Shown: positions 1 to 9,366 of the stretch, one piece after another
Position numbering within the stretch: the stretch's first letter is position 1
Layout: each line of letters opens with the position of its first letter
Origin: Bryobacterales bacterium
GTDB taxonomy: Bacteria > Acidobacteriota > Terriglobia > Bryobacterales > UBA6623
Assembly (NCBI GenBank): GCA_965205445.1
Contig: CBDBHC010000001.1
Coordinates: 749,368-813,367 of the forward strand
DNA length: 64,000 nucleotides
Direction: 5' to 3'
Notes under the pieces: generated by a model
The model's input: the letters and a program-made list of their open reading frames with translations, nothing else
Database searches by the model: none
Told to the model about the DNA's origin: nothing
Made by a program: the position numbers and the translations under genes

Positions 1-81
1 GGCGAACGAGCCGAGCCCCATGGAGGCCCGTCCGAGGAACGCGCGCCGCGTTTCCAGGAGGTCGATTTCGGGATTCCGCAT
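1..81 (-). CDS. DUF1501-family protein, N-terminal 27 codons only (continues off the left edge)
   Basis: Minus-strand ATG at 81 reads MRNPEIDLLETRRAFLGRASMGLGSFA. This is a twin-arginine style signal like the complete DUF1501 protein at 20820-22241. It starts 9 nt after the stop of the DUF1553 gene, the usual partner arrangement. Confidence 0.5.
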   Translation of the reverse strand, partial: MRNPEIDLLETRRAFLGRASMGLGSFA

Positions 82-90
82 GATATGGCC

Positions 91-3000
91 TCAGTACCGC
101 ATCAGAAACTCGTGCTTGTTGAAGAGCGCGCGGGCCACCGCTGTCCACGCCGCCAGTTCCATCCCGGGGACCCCGGTGGGAAGCCGCGAGATTCCGGTCG
201 CCAGGAGCTCGTCCGCACGGACCGGCTCGGCCTCGAATCGCTCCCGCTGCTGCTTGAGCAGGTTCAGGATGATGTCGCGCTCGGCGGTCAAGGGTGGCCG
301 CGAGAAAGCCTCGCGGAAGGCGAAATCGAGCCGCTTGGCGTCGCTCCTCCCTCCCTCGCGCACGATGCGCGCGGCGAACACCCTGGCCGTTTCCACGTAG
401 CTCGGGTCGTTCAGCAGGACCAGCGATTGCAGCGGCGTGTTGGAAACCGCCCGTTCCGCCGCGCACTCCTCGCGAGCCGGAGCGTCGAACGCCATCAGTG
501 CGGGATGCAGGTACTGGCGCTGCCAGTGAGTGTACAGGCCCCTGCGGAACTGGTTGGGGTTCATGTCCGGCTCGTACACGCGCTTCGGAAAGTTCAACTC
601 CCTGTAGTACCCGGGAGGCTGGTACGGCTTGACGCTCGGGCCGCCCATTTTGCGATTGAGCAGCCCGCTCACCGCCAATGCGTTGTCCCGCACGAATTCG
701 GCGTTGATACGCATCATCGACTGGCGGCCATGGAGCCTGTTGTAGGGATCCTGAGCGAGCAATTCGTCGGATGTCTCGCTCGACCGCCGGTACGTCTCCG
801 ACAGCAGCATCGTCCTGACGAGATGACGGACATCCCATCCGCTCTCCATGAATTCCACGGCGAGCCAATCGAGCAATTCCTGGTTGACCGGCGGCTCGCC
901 CTGAGAGCCGATATCGTCAAGCACCTTGGTCAGGCCCGTCCCGAAGAACACCTTCCACAGCCTGTTCGCGAACACCCGAGCGGTGAGGGGATTGTCGCGA
1001 TCCGTGACCCAATCGGCAAGGTCGAGCCTGTTGAGCCGGCGGCCCTCCGTCGGGATCGCGCCGAGGAAATCCGGCACTTGGGGCTCAACGACCTGGCCCG
1101 AGTCGTCCATCCAGTTGCCGCGAGGCAGGACGCGCATCGTGCGCGGCTCGTCGACGGCCTTCGCGACCAGCGATTCGTGAGCCCTGTCGAGAAGCGCTTT
1201 CTTGCGTCGCTCGAGGACGCGAATCTCGCGCCAGGAGGCGTTCCCTCCGACGATGCGGTCGAACGCCTCCTCGAGAACGCCCGACTGCTCGGGGGTGCGG
1301 GGATCGGATGCAAGCACCGCGTCGCGCAACGCCCCGCCCACCGGGATCTCGGGAAACGCCGAGTCCGTACCGAGGAGCCGGAATCGCGATGGCAGTCCGT
1401 GGGCACTGCGGGCATGGGCGATCAGCGAGACCTGAAGGCGCTCGCCGGGGCGAGTCGCCATCGGTGCCTCAAACACGAACACGGCAGTGCGGGACCGGTC
1501 CTCGTTCCAGTCCCCCATCCAGCCGGTGTGGTAATTGCCGTCGAGCGTGTCCCTCAACATCGATCCGGGCTCTTCCCGGTCGGGGAGTAGCCCGGTCAGG
1601 GAAAGCCGAATGGGCCATTCCTCGCGGCCCAGCAGCCGCACTTCGAACTCGCTCAGATAGAAGGAGTCGAAGTCCCCGGTTGGGTACAGCTCCAGGGCCA
1701 GGGCCGTCAGCCTTCCGTGCCCGAGCGGAATCTCCACGCGGTGGATCGACTCGCGCGGCTGCTGTTCGCCGGCCAGGGTGACCCGGACAACCGCCCCGGC
1801 CTCTTCCTCCAAGTCGAATCGATCGCACTGGTTGAAGTCCGGGTGGCCGCAGTCAGTCCAGACCCTGTCCGGATCCAAGGCCTTCCAGGAAAGGAGCGCC
1901 TCCCGCAGATACGAGGCCAGCTCGTCCAGGCCGCCCCGTGCCGCCGGGAGGTCCTTGCGGTCCTTGCCGCGCAGCCGCTCGATACGGCTCTCGATCTCGG
2001 ACATCTCGGAATCGGCCGGCTTGTCCAGGACGCGAATCCTGGAGCCCCAGTCGCCGTTCCCCGAGAACACCCCCATCTCCTCGATGTCCGCGAAGAACGC
2101 CCCCATCGAATAAAAGTCCTTGGCAAGGAAGGGGTCGAACTTGTGGTCGTGGCACTCGGCGCAGCCCAAGGTTGAGCCCAGCCACACCGTAGAGATGTTG
2201 CGCACCCTGTCGGAGGCGTACTTGGCGAGATACTCCTTCGCCTGGGAGCCGCCCTCGTTTGTCATGCGGCTCAGCCGGTTGTAGCCGCTTGCTACCAGCT
2301 GCCAGGGCTCCGGATCCGGCAGCAGATCGCCGGCCAACTGCTCCCGCGTCATCACGTCGAACGGCTTGTTCTCGTTGAACGCCCGCACGATGTAGTCGCG
2401 GAACGCATAGACACTGACGGGAACGTCGCCGTGGTATCCCACTGTGTCGGCGTAACGGACCAGATCCAGCCAATGAACCGCCATGCGCTCGCCGTAGTGG
2501 GGAGAATCGAGAAGGGTGTCAAGGAGTCGTTCGTAAGCGCCCGGGTGGCGGTCGTTCGCGAACGCCTCGGCTGTCGCGGCCCGGGGCGGAAGGCCCGTCA
2601 GGTCGAAGCTCAGGCGGCGCGCCAGCGTGCGCCGGTCGGCCTCGCCGACGGGCTGTAAGCCCCGCTCGTCGAGCTTGGCGTTGACCAAGTGGTCGATCCC
2701 TGCCGGGCCGTCCGGCCCTGGCGGCCTTTCGGGCTTGATGTAGGCCCAGTGCTCCTGGTACTCGGCTCCCTGGTCAATCCATGCGGTGAGCAGGTCCTTC
2801 TGGCGCGGTGTCAGCTTCTTGTCGGTCGCGACCGGCGGCATCACCAGCACCGGATTGGATTGACGGATCCGGTCGACGAGCCTGCTTGACGAAGCGTTGC
2901 CTGGCTGGATCACCCCCCTGGAAAGCACCTCCTCCCTTCGGTCGAGACGCAAGCCGGCCTGGCGGGCGTTACTGTCCGGGCCGTGACAGGCGAAGCAGTT

Positions 3001-3108
3001 CTCGGAGAGGATTGGGCGGATTTCGCGATTGAATTCGATCCGCTCCGCACCCGGCGCGGCACCGCCTGCGAGCGAAACTGCAAGCGCTGCAAGGACTGGA
3101 GATCTCAT
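91..3108 (-). CDS. PSCyt/DUF1549/DUF1553 domain protein (planctomycete-type cytochrome-c-domain protein)
   Basis: ORF 91..3423. It has a heme-type CFACHGP motif near the N-terminus and a long DUF1549/DUF1553-like body (HDHKFDPF, NRLWKVFFGTGL). I moved the start to the ATG at 3108 (MRSPVLAALAVSLAGGAAPG signal peptide). The 105 upstream codons are R/P/G-rich and not protein-like. Confidence 0.85.
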   Translation of the reverse strand: MRSPVLAALAVSLAGGAAPGAERIEFNREIRPILSENCFACHGPDSNARQAGLRLDRREEVLSRGVIQPGNASSSRLVDRIRQSNPVLVMPPVATDKKLTPRQKDLLTAWIDQGAEYQEHWAYIKPERPPGPDGPAGIDHLVNAKLDERGLQPVGEADRRTLARRLSFDLTGLPPRAATAEAFANDRHPGAYERLLDTLLDSPHYGERMAVHWLDLVRYADTVGYHGDVPVSVYAFRDYIVRAFNENKPFDVMTREQLAGDLLPDPEPWQLVASGYNRLSRMTNEGGSQAKEYLAKYASDRVRNISTVWLGSTLGCAECHDHKFDPFLAKDFYSMGAFFADIEEMGVFSGNGDWGSRIRVLDKPADSEMSEIESRIERLRGKDRKDLPAARGGLDELASYLREALLSWKALDPDRVWTDCGHPDFNQCDRFDLEEEAGAVVRVTLAGEQQPRESIHRVEIPLGHGRLTALALELYPTGDFDSFYLSEFEVRLLGREEWPIRLSLTGLLPDREEPGSMLRDTLDGNYHTGWMGDWNEDRSRTAVFVFEAPMATRPGERLQVSLIAHARSAHGLPSRFRLLGTDSAFPEIPVGGALRDAVLASDPRTPEQSGVLEEAFDRIVGGNASWREIRVLERRKKALLDRAHESLVAKAVDEPRTMRVLPRGNWMDDSGQVVEPQVPDFLGAIPTEGRRLNRLDLADWVTDRDNPLTARVFANRLWKVFFGTGLTKVLDDIGSQGEPPVNQELLDWLAVEFMESGWDVRHLVRTMLLSETYRRSSETSDELLAQDPYNRLHGRQSMMRINAEFVRDNALAVSGLLNRKMGGPSVKPYQPPGYYRELNFPKRVYEPDMNPNQFRRGLYTHWQRQYLHPALMAFDAPAREECAAERAVSNTPLQSLVLLNDPSYVETARVFAARIVREGGRSDAKRLDFAFREAFSRPPLTAERDIILNLLKQQRERFEAEPVRADELLATGISRLPTGVPGMELAAWTAVARALFNKHEFLMRY

Positions 3109-3338
3109 GACGGCTCTCGAATCCCAGGCGAGCCCGCCGCCACAGAGAGGCATTCCGGTCTCATCTGGGTGGATGCGCCGCGAGCCTCCCGCGCCTGCGG
3201 AGCGATCCGCGCAACGGAAAACCCGACGATCCAATGACAATGTATCAACTGACCGCGTACAACGGCGAAGCCTCGCGGGCCCGGATCCGACGGGCCCGAT
3301 ACAGGAACCCCGTGGACGTGAGCTAGGATAGGCGCGCA

Positions 3339-4787
3339 ATGCACACTCGGAGGGTCCTGCGCGGACGGCTGTGGTTGGCCCCAGCCCGAACTCCTGTCCT
3401 TGTCCTGGCCTCGCTACTGGCAATCGCAGGAGAGGGCCTGTCCCAATCCGACCCGCCCAACATCGTCGTCCTGCTGGCAGACGACCTCGGCTACGGCAGC
3501 GTCTCGTGGTACGGGAGCGAAATCCCCACGCCGAACATCGACTCGATCGCCGCCAGCGGGGTCGGCTTCACCTCGGGCTACGTGACCGCGCCAGTCTGCA
3601 ACCCATCGCGGCCGGCGCTGATGACCGGGCGATACCAGCAGCGCTGGGGTAAGGAACTGAACTCGCAGACCGTGGGCCCAGTCGGAGCGGCGCCCAAGTC
3701 CCTTCCACGACGCGAGACGACGATCGCGACCGCGCTCAAGCGGGCGGGCTACGTGACCGGTGCGGTTGGAAAGTGGCAGCTTGGCATGGCCGACGGTTAC
3801 CACCCGTTGGATCGCGGCTTCGATTCCTTTCTCGGAATGCCCTCGGGCTCGCGGTTCGTCGACCCAAGCTGGCCGAACGCACGCATCGCTCCGGGACACG
3901 AGGACTCGGGCACTCCCGACACCTCCGGCCGGTACCGCGGCCTCGTGAGCGGCCGGGATCGCGTTCCGATGGACGACTACCTCACGGATCGCCTCGGCAG
4001 GGAGGGCGTGAACTTCATCGAACGGAACAAGGGCCGGCCGTTCTTCCTCTATCTGGCCTTTCACGCCCCGCACGGGCCCATCCAGACCATCGACAAGTAC
4101 TACCGGCGGTTCCCCGGAATCTCGAACGAAACCCATCGCATCTACGCCGCGATGATCAGCGCGCTCGACGACTGGGTCGGTGCGATTCTGCACGAGCTTC
4201 GGGCGCACGGGCTCGAGAAGCGGACGCTGGTGATCTTCACCAGTGACAACGGCGCCGCCAAGACTAGCGATATCGACGGCAAGCGAAACTTCCCCTTGAT
4301 CGGCCACAAGCGCAATCTGTACGAGGGGGGCATCCGGGTGCCCTACCTGATGCAATGGACGGGACGTCTGGCGGGCGGAGCCAGGTACGAGGATGCGGTC
4401 AGCTCTCTCGACATCTTTCCGACGGCGCTCGATGCGGCCGGCGTCGGGACGAATCAGGACGATCTCGACGGCGTGAGCCTGCTGCCGTTCCTGCGGGGCG
4501 AGCGTGACGGTTCCCCCCATCCCCACCTCGTATGGCGCTCCGGACCGAACGCCGCGGTGCGCCGCGGGCCGTGGAAGCTGCTGCTAGGCAAAGACGGCCT
4601 TGCGAGGCTCTACAACGTCGAGAAGGATCCTGGCGAAGCCAGGGATCGAGCTGCCGCACAGCCGTCTCTGGTCAAGAAACTCCGGCGGATCTTCGAGAGC
4701 TGGGCGGAAGACAAGGCCGAGCCCCGGCAAGGCTCAAGGACGGTGAAGACGAAGCTGAACGGCGACGTGATCGAATGGCACATCTAG
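3339..4787 (+). CDS. Cys-type sulfatase (arylsulfatase A family), secreted
   Basis: NIVVLLADDLGYG and CNPSRPALMTGRY (C-x-P-x-R formylglycine motif) after a signal peptide. The length of 482 aa is typical. Confidence 0.9.
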   Translation: MHTRRVLRGRLWLAPARTPVLVLASLLAIAGEGLSQSDPPNIVVLLADDLGYGSVSWYGSEIPTPNIDSIAASGVGFTSGYVTAPVCNPSRPALMTGRYQQRWGKELNSQTVGPVGAAPKSLPRRETTIATALKRAGYVTGAVGKWQLGMADGYHPLDRGFDSFLGMPSGSRFVDPSWPNARIAPGHEDSGTPDTSGRYRGLVSGRDRVPMDDYLTDRLGREGVNFIERNKGRPFFLYLAFHAPHGPIQTIDKYYRRFPGISNETHRIYAAMISALDDWVGAILHELRAHGLEKRTLVIFTSDNGAAKTSDIDGKRNFPLIGHKRNLYEGGIRVPYLMQWTGRLAGGARYEDAVSSLDIFPTALDAAGVGTNQDDLDGVSLLPFLRGERDGSPHPHLVWRSGPNAAVRRGPWKLLLGKDGLARLYNVEKDPGEARDRAAAQPSLVKKLRRIFESWAEDKAEPRQGSRTVKTKLNGDVIEWHI

Positions 4788-4794
4788 CTCCGAG

Positions 4795-7700
4795 CTAGAA
4801 GCTCGTCGGCGCACGCGGGACGAGATTCTTCACCGGCAGCGAGATCGCATTGCTGATGAACAGGCCCTGCGCGATCCACAGCGGCGTGGCGGGGTTGTCG
4901 ACAAGATCCGTGTTCGTTCGCAGGTTGACCTGGTAGACGCCCACAGAACCCTCCATCAGCCCGACGAACTCAACCTGAGCGGTTCGACCTCCGAACTGCG
5001 AGGAGACGAAATCCTCCGCGACTAGCGGGACCTTTGCCACGGTGCCCTCGGGCGTCGGCCGCCCGGTCGCGACGGCCGCCTGGTTGTCAGTCAGGCCCAG
5101 GCCCGTGCCGAACACGATGATCAGCTCCCCTGGCACCAGGGGGTTCTCGGCAGTGATCGGAGAGTACGGCTCGTTGCCGCAGCACAGGTGCGAGCCTCGC
5201 GCGGAGAGCGTCAGCAGAACCGTCGCCTCCGTTCGCTCGTTCGTGTCGGGCGTCGTCGGATCGTCCTGCGGCACTTCCGTGCCTTGGGCCGCGTAGCTGA
5301 TGTCGTTGCCCTGCTTGCCTGCCTCGCGCGCCTTGAGGATGACGACCGGGGGCGTGTTGCCGTCTTCCAGGAAGCCACTCTCGCGGTTCGTCTCGACCTC
5401 GATGCCTGCGTCCGGGGAAATCTCGAAACTGTAGGGAATCTCGTTGCCGTCCGATCCCAGCGACCGGGCCACGACCTGCATTCTGACCGAGCCGACAACC
5501 TGCAGGATCCGGGCCGTGACCTCGGGATCGCCTACCCCGGCGTTGATGGACCGAACCAGGATGTTGCGCATGATGAGCAGCGCGGAGTCCGCGTTGCTCG
5601 CGTCCTCCTCGGTCAGCGTGTAGCTGTAGGAGCGATCCCGCACGGTGATCGTCACCGTGTCCCCTGCCTTGGGCTCGCCCTCGAATTCGAAGTCTGCTCG
5701 GGCCGAGAAGAACCCTACCATGCCGGGCTCGGCGATCACGTCTGGATCCCCTTCACCCGCGTTGATCAATGCGATGAGCTGGTCCCGGATCTGCTCGGGA
5801 CTCTCGTCGCCAGGGGAGCGGTAATAGTATTCGCGCCCGTTGATGACGACGCGCCCGTCGGCGCCTTCCTGGGTCAGCTGGCGGTTCTCGGTCTCGTCGT
5901 TGTTGGGATCGTCGTCCCGGGGCCGGTCCGGGACCGTCACCGCGATTGTCCCTTCGGCGACCCCAGTGGCGTGAATCGCCATGCCCAGGCGCGGCTCCTC
6001 GCCCGGCAGCGAGAACAGCCCTGGTGCGGCGCGCACCGACTGGGAGGCCCGGGCCGCGGAGACCCTGACGCCGCCGCCGGGCAGTGTCCTGCGCACGTAG
6101 AAGCTGTAACCAGTCCCCTCGAGTTCCCACGGCACCTGGAACGTGATCTGCTCCTCGGAAACCATCAGTAGCGGGGCCAGCCGCCCGTTGGCCAGGATCT
6201 GGACGCCTCCAAGCTCCGTCGGCAGTTCAACCCCTTCCTCCAAGTTCAGGGTCTCGCTCGCCAGGTCCCTGCCGAACATCGTGGCGATCGTGCCGGGGGG
6301 CAGGTCGCGGGCATCCGAGCCGCCCGTCAGCCTGGACCCCGAGGTGCTCGCATCCAGCTCCGTCCCGCTGTTGCGCAGCTCGACCTGCGTCCAGTTGCCC
6401 TGCGGCCCCTCCCTCTTCGCCACCAGATTCGCCCGGTAGCTCACCTTGCCCCGGGAGAGCGTGGGCCCGGAAACCTCCGTCGTGGTCGGCGAGCCGGGCG
6501 TGATGCTGATCGAGAACGGCAGGCTGTTCCCGATCGGACCGACCGTCCTGTGGACCAGCTCCAGAGTCTCGATCTGGTCGATCTTGCGCTCGACGATGAC
6601 TTCGGGGTCCCCGTCGCTGGCGATGTCGACGAGGTAGTTCAAGCGGTCCACGAACCGCTCAGGAACGTCGCCCTCGGGCACGGTGTACTCGTACTTCCGA
6701 CCGTTGATGTCCAAGCTGACGAAGTCGCCGGGACGGGCCTCCCCGCCGAACCGGATCGTGCCGGTGGCGTGTCGCCCCACCCCCACCGACGGATAGGCGG
6801 TGACCGGCAGGGTGGTGTCGTTATTGAGAATGTCGACGACCTTGTCTCGGACATCTTCCGCTGACTCGCCCTCCACGGTGGTGTAGAACAGCTCCTGGCC
6901 GTCGAGCGTGATCTTGATCTCCTCCCCGCCGGGCAGTACGGGAGTGAGCCGGGACTCGTCGATCTCGGTATCCGAGATGTCGATCGGAAGCTCCTGGTCG
7001 AATTCCAGGTGGCCTCGGCTGTGGATGCGGATCGCCGCAGCGTTGCGGATGCCGTCGAGCCCGATCATGTCCAGGCCGCGCGTGAAGACCAAGACCCGCC
7101 TGGTGAAGGGATCGGCGATGTAGAGGTTCTCTCCGTCGTACGCCATCGACGACGGGGAGCGGATGCTGCCGGGGCCTTCCGATTCGGTGAGCTGCACGAA
7201 GTTCGGCTGGCCGATCACGAGGTCGGCCTTCGCGCCGTCCTGAGTCGGGATCTGGTTGTAGACCAGGATTCGGTCGTTGCCCGCGTCCGCCACGAAGAGG
7301 CTGTCGTCGACGGCGAGGGCGAACCGCGGGAAGTTCAGCGTCCTCGCGCAACGGCGCGGGAACCGGTCAACCTCCGGATCGATCTCCCCCCGCAACGGGG
7401 GGAGCGGCACGGCGAGGGGCACGTTCGTGGGCGGCGTCTCGTTTTCGCTGCGGCTGCCGTCGTCGTCGAGCGGGCCGAGCGGATCGCAGAGGGCCTCGCT
7501 GTTGTTGGGCGTGTTCGACGTGAAGTCGGGCTGGCCGACAACCACGTCGGCGGCCACGTAGTTCTGCGTGGGGACGGAGTTGAAGATCAAGACACGGTTG
7601 AAGCCGAGATCGGCGACGAACAGCTTGCCTCCGGACACGGAGACCGAAACCGGGTCGAGCATGCGCTGCTCATCCGCTTCATACACGCCTTGCGTCAAGT

Positions 7701-8469
7701 CGGCCTCGTGGCGGGTGTTGAGATCGGGCTGGCCAAGCACGATATCCGGTGCCTGCCCGTTGGAAGTCGGGATCGTGCTCCAAATGAGGATGCGACTGTT
7801 CTGCGTGTCGGCAACGAAGAGTCTGCCACCGTCCAGCCACACGCCTTGCGGGCCTCTCATGCCCGACGGAGACGTTTCCGGGAACCTGCCGGTGAAGTCG
7901 GACTGGCCAAGCACGACATCCGGGTCCGTGCCGCTGACGGCCGGGATCGTATTCCAGATGAGAACGCGGTTGTTGTTGGTGTCGGCAACCACGAGCCTGA
8001 TGCCGTCGCTATGGACGGCTGACGGGTTGTTCAGGCCAGGCGTGTCGGGCAGGTCGGAGGAGTCCGTCGCGTCGAAATCCTGCTGCCCGAGGACCGTGTC
8101 GGGCAGGCCGACGCACGCGGGGCAGGCGCTCTGCTGGGAAAGCAGCTCCTCGGGTTGCGGGATAAAGCCGGATAAGTTGTTGTAGATCAGGACCCGGTTG
8201 TTCACGGGCAGCGCTCCCAGCCGATTGCCGTCCGCGACGAAGAGGCGGTTGCCGGCGATTGCCACCCCTTGCGCCGCACCTAGCACCTCGCGGCTGGATT
8301 GCGGGTTCTGCCTCGTAAAGCTCTTCTGCCCGATGACGAGCCTGGCGCCGTGGTTCGTCACCCAGACCGGCCCTTCGTCTACGGCGGCCACCTGCGGATG
8401 GGCGGGGCCCGGCAGCAGCGCCACTGCCAGCGCACCCGCCGCCAGCGTCATGGATCGGTGGACTCTCAT
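4795..8469 (-). CDS. Large secreted NHL-repeat protein with internal repeated modules and TIGR03437-type C-terminal domain
   Basis: ORF 4795..8484 (the track start is TTG). An ATG at 8469 gives MRVHRSMTLAAGALAVALL (signal). There are at least 6 NHL-like blades (NNRVLIYN, NNRVLIWN, NSRILIWS, FNRVLIFN, NDRILVYN, TRRVLVFT). The C-terminus is GTGLG...GSVGVYQVNL, typical of the Solibacter-type TIGR03437 domain. Confidence 0.8.
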   Translation of the reverse strand: MRVHRSMTLAAGALAVALLPGPAHPQVAAVDEGPVWVTNHGARLVIGQKSFTRQNPQSSREVLGAAQGVAIAGNRLFVADGNRLGALPVNNRVLIYNNLSGFIPQPEELLSQQSACPACVGLPDTVLGQQDFDATDSSDLPDTPGLNNPSAVHSDGIRLVVADTNNNRVLIWNTIPAVSGTDPDVVLGQSDFTGRFPETSPSGMRGPQGVWLDGGRLFVADTQNSRILIWSTIPTSNGQAPDIVLGQPDLNTRHEADLTQGVYEADEQRMLDPVSVSVSGGKLFVADLGFNRVLIFNSVPTQNYVAADVVVGQPDFTSNTPNNSEALCDPLGPLDDDGSRSENETPPTNVPLAVPLPPLRGEIDPEVDRFPRRCARTLNFPRFALAVDDSLFVADAGNDRILVYNQIPTQDGAKADLVIGQPNFVQLTESEGPGSIRSPSSMAYDGENLYIADPFTRRVLVFTRGLDMIGLDGIRNAAAIRIHSRGHLEFDQELPIDISDTEIDESRLTPVLPGGEEIKITLDGQELFYTTVEGESAEDVRDKVVDILNNDTTLPVTAYPSVGVGRHATGTIRFGGEARPGDFVSLDINGRKYEYTVPEGDVPERFVDRLNYLVDIASDGDPEVIVERKIDQIETLELVHRTVGPIGNSLPFSISITPGSPTTTEVSGPTLSRGKVSYRANLVAKREGPQGNWTQVELRNSGTELDASTSGSRLTGGSDARDLPPGTIATMFGRDLASETLNLEEGVELPTELGGVQILANGRLAPLLMVSEEQITFQVPWELEGTGYSFYVRRTLPGGGVRVSAARASQSVRAAPGLFSLPGEEPRLGMAIHATGVAEGTIAVTVPDRPRDDDPNNDETENRQLTQEGADGRVVINGREYYYRSPGDESPEQIRDQLIALINAGEGDPDVIAEPGMVGFFSARADFEFEGEPKAGDTVTITVRDRSYSYTLTEEDASNADSALLIMRNILVRSINAGVGDPEVTARILQVVGSVRMQVVARSLGSDGNEIPYSFEISPDAGIEVETNRESGFLEDGNTPPVVILKAREAGKQGNDISYAAQGTEVPQDDPTTPDTNERTEATVLLTLSARGSHLCCGNEPYSPITAENPLVPGELIIVFGTGLGLTDNQAAVATGRPTPEGTVAKVPLVAEDFVSSQFGGRTAQVEFVGLMEGSVGVYQVNLRTNTDLVDNPATPLWIAQGLFISNAISLPVKNLVPRAPTSF
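5509..5859 (-). repeat. Protein-level repeat pair R3-R4 of the same module
   Basis: aa ~876-992: VVINGREYYYRSPGDESPEQIRDQLIALINAGEGDPDV and ITVRDRSYSYTLTEEDASNADSALLIMRNILVRSINAGVGDPEV. Confidence 0.6.
6586..6927 (-). repeat. Protein-level repeat pair R1-R2 inside the NHL protein (unrecognised ~45-60 aa module)
   Basis: aa ~520-633: ITLDGQELFYTTVEGESAEDVRDKVVDILNND and SLDINGRKYEYTVPEGDVPERFVDRLNYLVDIASDGDPEV share the pattern x-(I/V)-x-G-x-x-Y-x-Y-T ... (I/V)-R/D-x-L-(V/I)-x-x-I-N/A-x-x-x-GDP-(D/E)-V. Confidence 0.6.
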
Positions 8470-8480
8470 TTCGCTTTCCG

Positions 8481-9269
8481 TCAAACGGCCTTCACAAGCC
8501 CGCCGTCAACCATCGTCGAGGTTCCCGTGACGTAGCTTGCCTTCTCGGAACAGAGGAACGCGACCACGGCGGCGAACTCGTCCGGCCGGCCCACCCGCCG
8601 CAGCGCCGTCTGGCTGGCGAGCCGCTCGATCATCTCCTCCCGGTCCACTCCTGCCTCCTCCGCCCTGAGCCGAGCCATGCTCAGCAGGCGGTCCGTGGCG
8701 ACGAGGCCCGGACCGGCATTGTTGAAGAGAATGTTGTCGGGGCCGTATTCGGCGGCCAGGGTCTTGAGCATGCCGACGACGGCTGCACGGACGCCGTTGG
8801 AGAGAATCAGGCCCTCGATCGGCTGCCGCACGGAGGTGGATGTCAACGTTACGACCCGGCCCCACCGCTGGGCTCGCATGTCGGGCAGCACGGACTGGAT
8901 GAGCGCCCACGTGCTGAGGAAGTTCAGGCGGAATGCCGCGGTCCAGTCGTCGGCCGAGAAGTCCTCGAACCGGCCTCCCGGCGGTCCGCCGGCGTTCGCC
9001 ACAGCGATGCTGAAGGGACCGATCTCCTCGCGCGCTTCCGCCACGAACGCCTGAACCGACGCCGTGTCGCTGACATCCACCGCGCGGTGAAACACCGTCG
9101 CCGAATGGGTCTGGCCGATCGCCGCCGCGGCCGAGCCGATCGCATCCGGGTCGCGCGAGCAGATCGCCAGCTTGCAACCCTCGGCCGCCAGCGCCTCGGC
9201 GATCGCACGCCCCATGCCGCGGCTGGCTGCCGTGACGACTGCCGCCCGGTTCCGAATTCCCAAATCCAT
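8481..9269 (-). CDS. SDR-family oxidoreductase, atypical (BKR-like SDR-like subgroup)
   Basis: Rossmann N-terminus AAVVTAASRGMGRAIA, and an overall alignment to FabG-type reductases. The position of the canonical YxxxK reads S-N-G-V-R (ILSNGVRAAVVGM). Confidence 0.85.
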   Translation of the reverse strand: MDLGIRNRAAVVTAASRGMGRAIAEALAAEGCKLAICSRDPDAIGSAAAAIGQTHSATVFHRAVDVSDTASVQAFVAEAREEIGPFSIAVANAGGPPGGRFEDFSADDWTAAFRLNFLSTWALIQSVLPDMRAQRWGRVVTLTSTSVRQPIEGLILSNGVRAAVVGMLKTLAAEYGPDNILFNNAGPGLVATDRLLSMARLRAEEAGVDREEMIERLASQTALRRVGRPDEFAAVVAFLCSEKASYVTGTSTMVDGGLVKAV

Positions 9270-9366
9270 GGATGCTACGCTGCGGTCAGCGCCCCCGCGA
9301 GTAGTCGGTCGTGCCGGGCACGGCTCGGGCGATCTGTCTCCTGCTTCCGCCTATGCAAGTACGCAA

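Noticed and set aside
85-1590. 501-aa plus-strand ORF (and many nested ORFs 20-3344) opposite the DUF1553 gene
   Set aside because: It lies entirely antisense to a gene with clear family motifs. Its composition is R/A/G/P/L-rich, as expected for stop-poor shadow frames in high-GC DNA.
3109-3423. N-terminal extensions of track ORFs. Also 20042-20317, 30579-30917, 31916-31978, 35707-36015, 37319-37456, 54490-54645, 59826-59933 and 15808-15867.
   Set aside because: The extensions are R/S/P-rich, precede obvious signal peptides or conserved N-termini, and often overlap the upstream gene. Internal ATG/GTG/TTG starts fit better.
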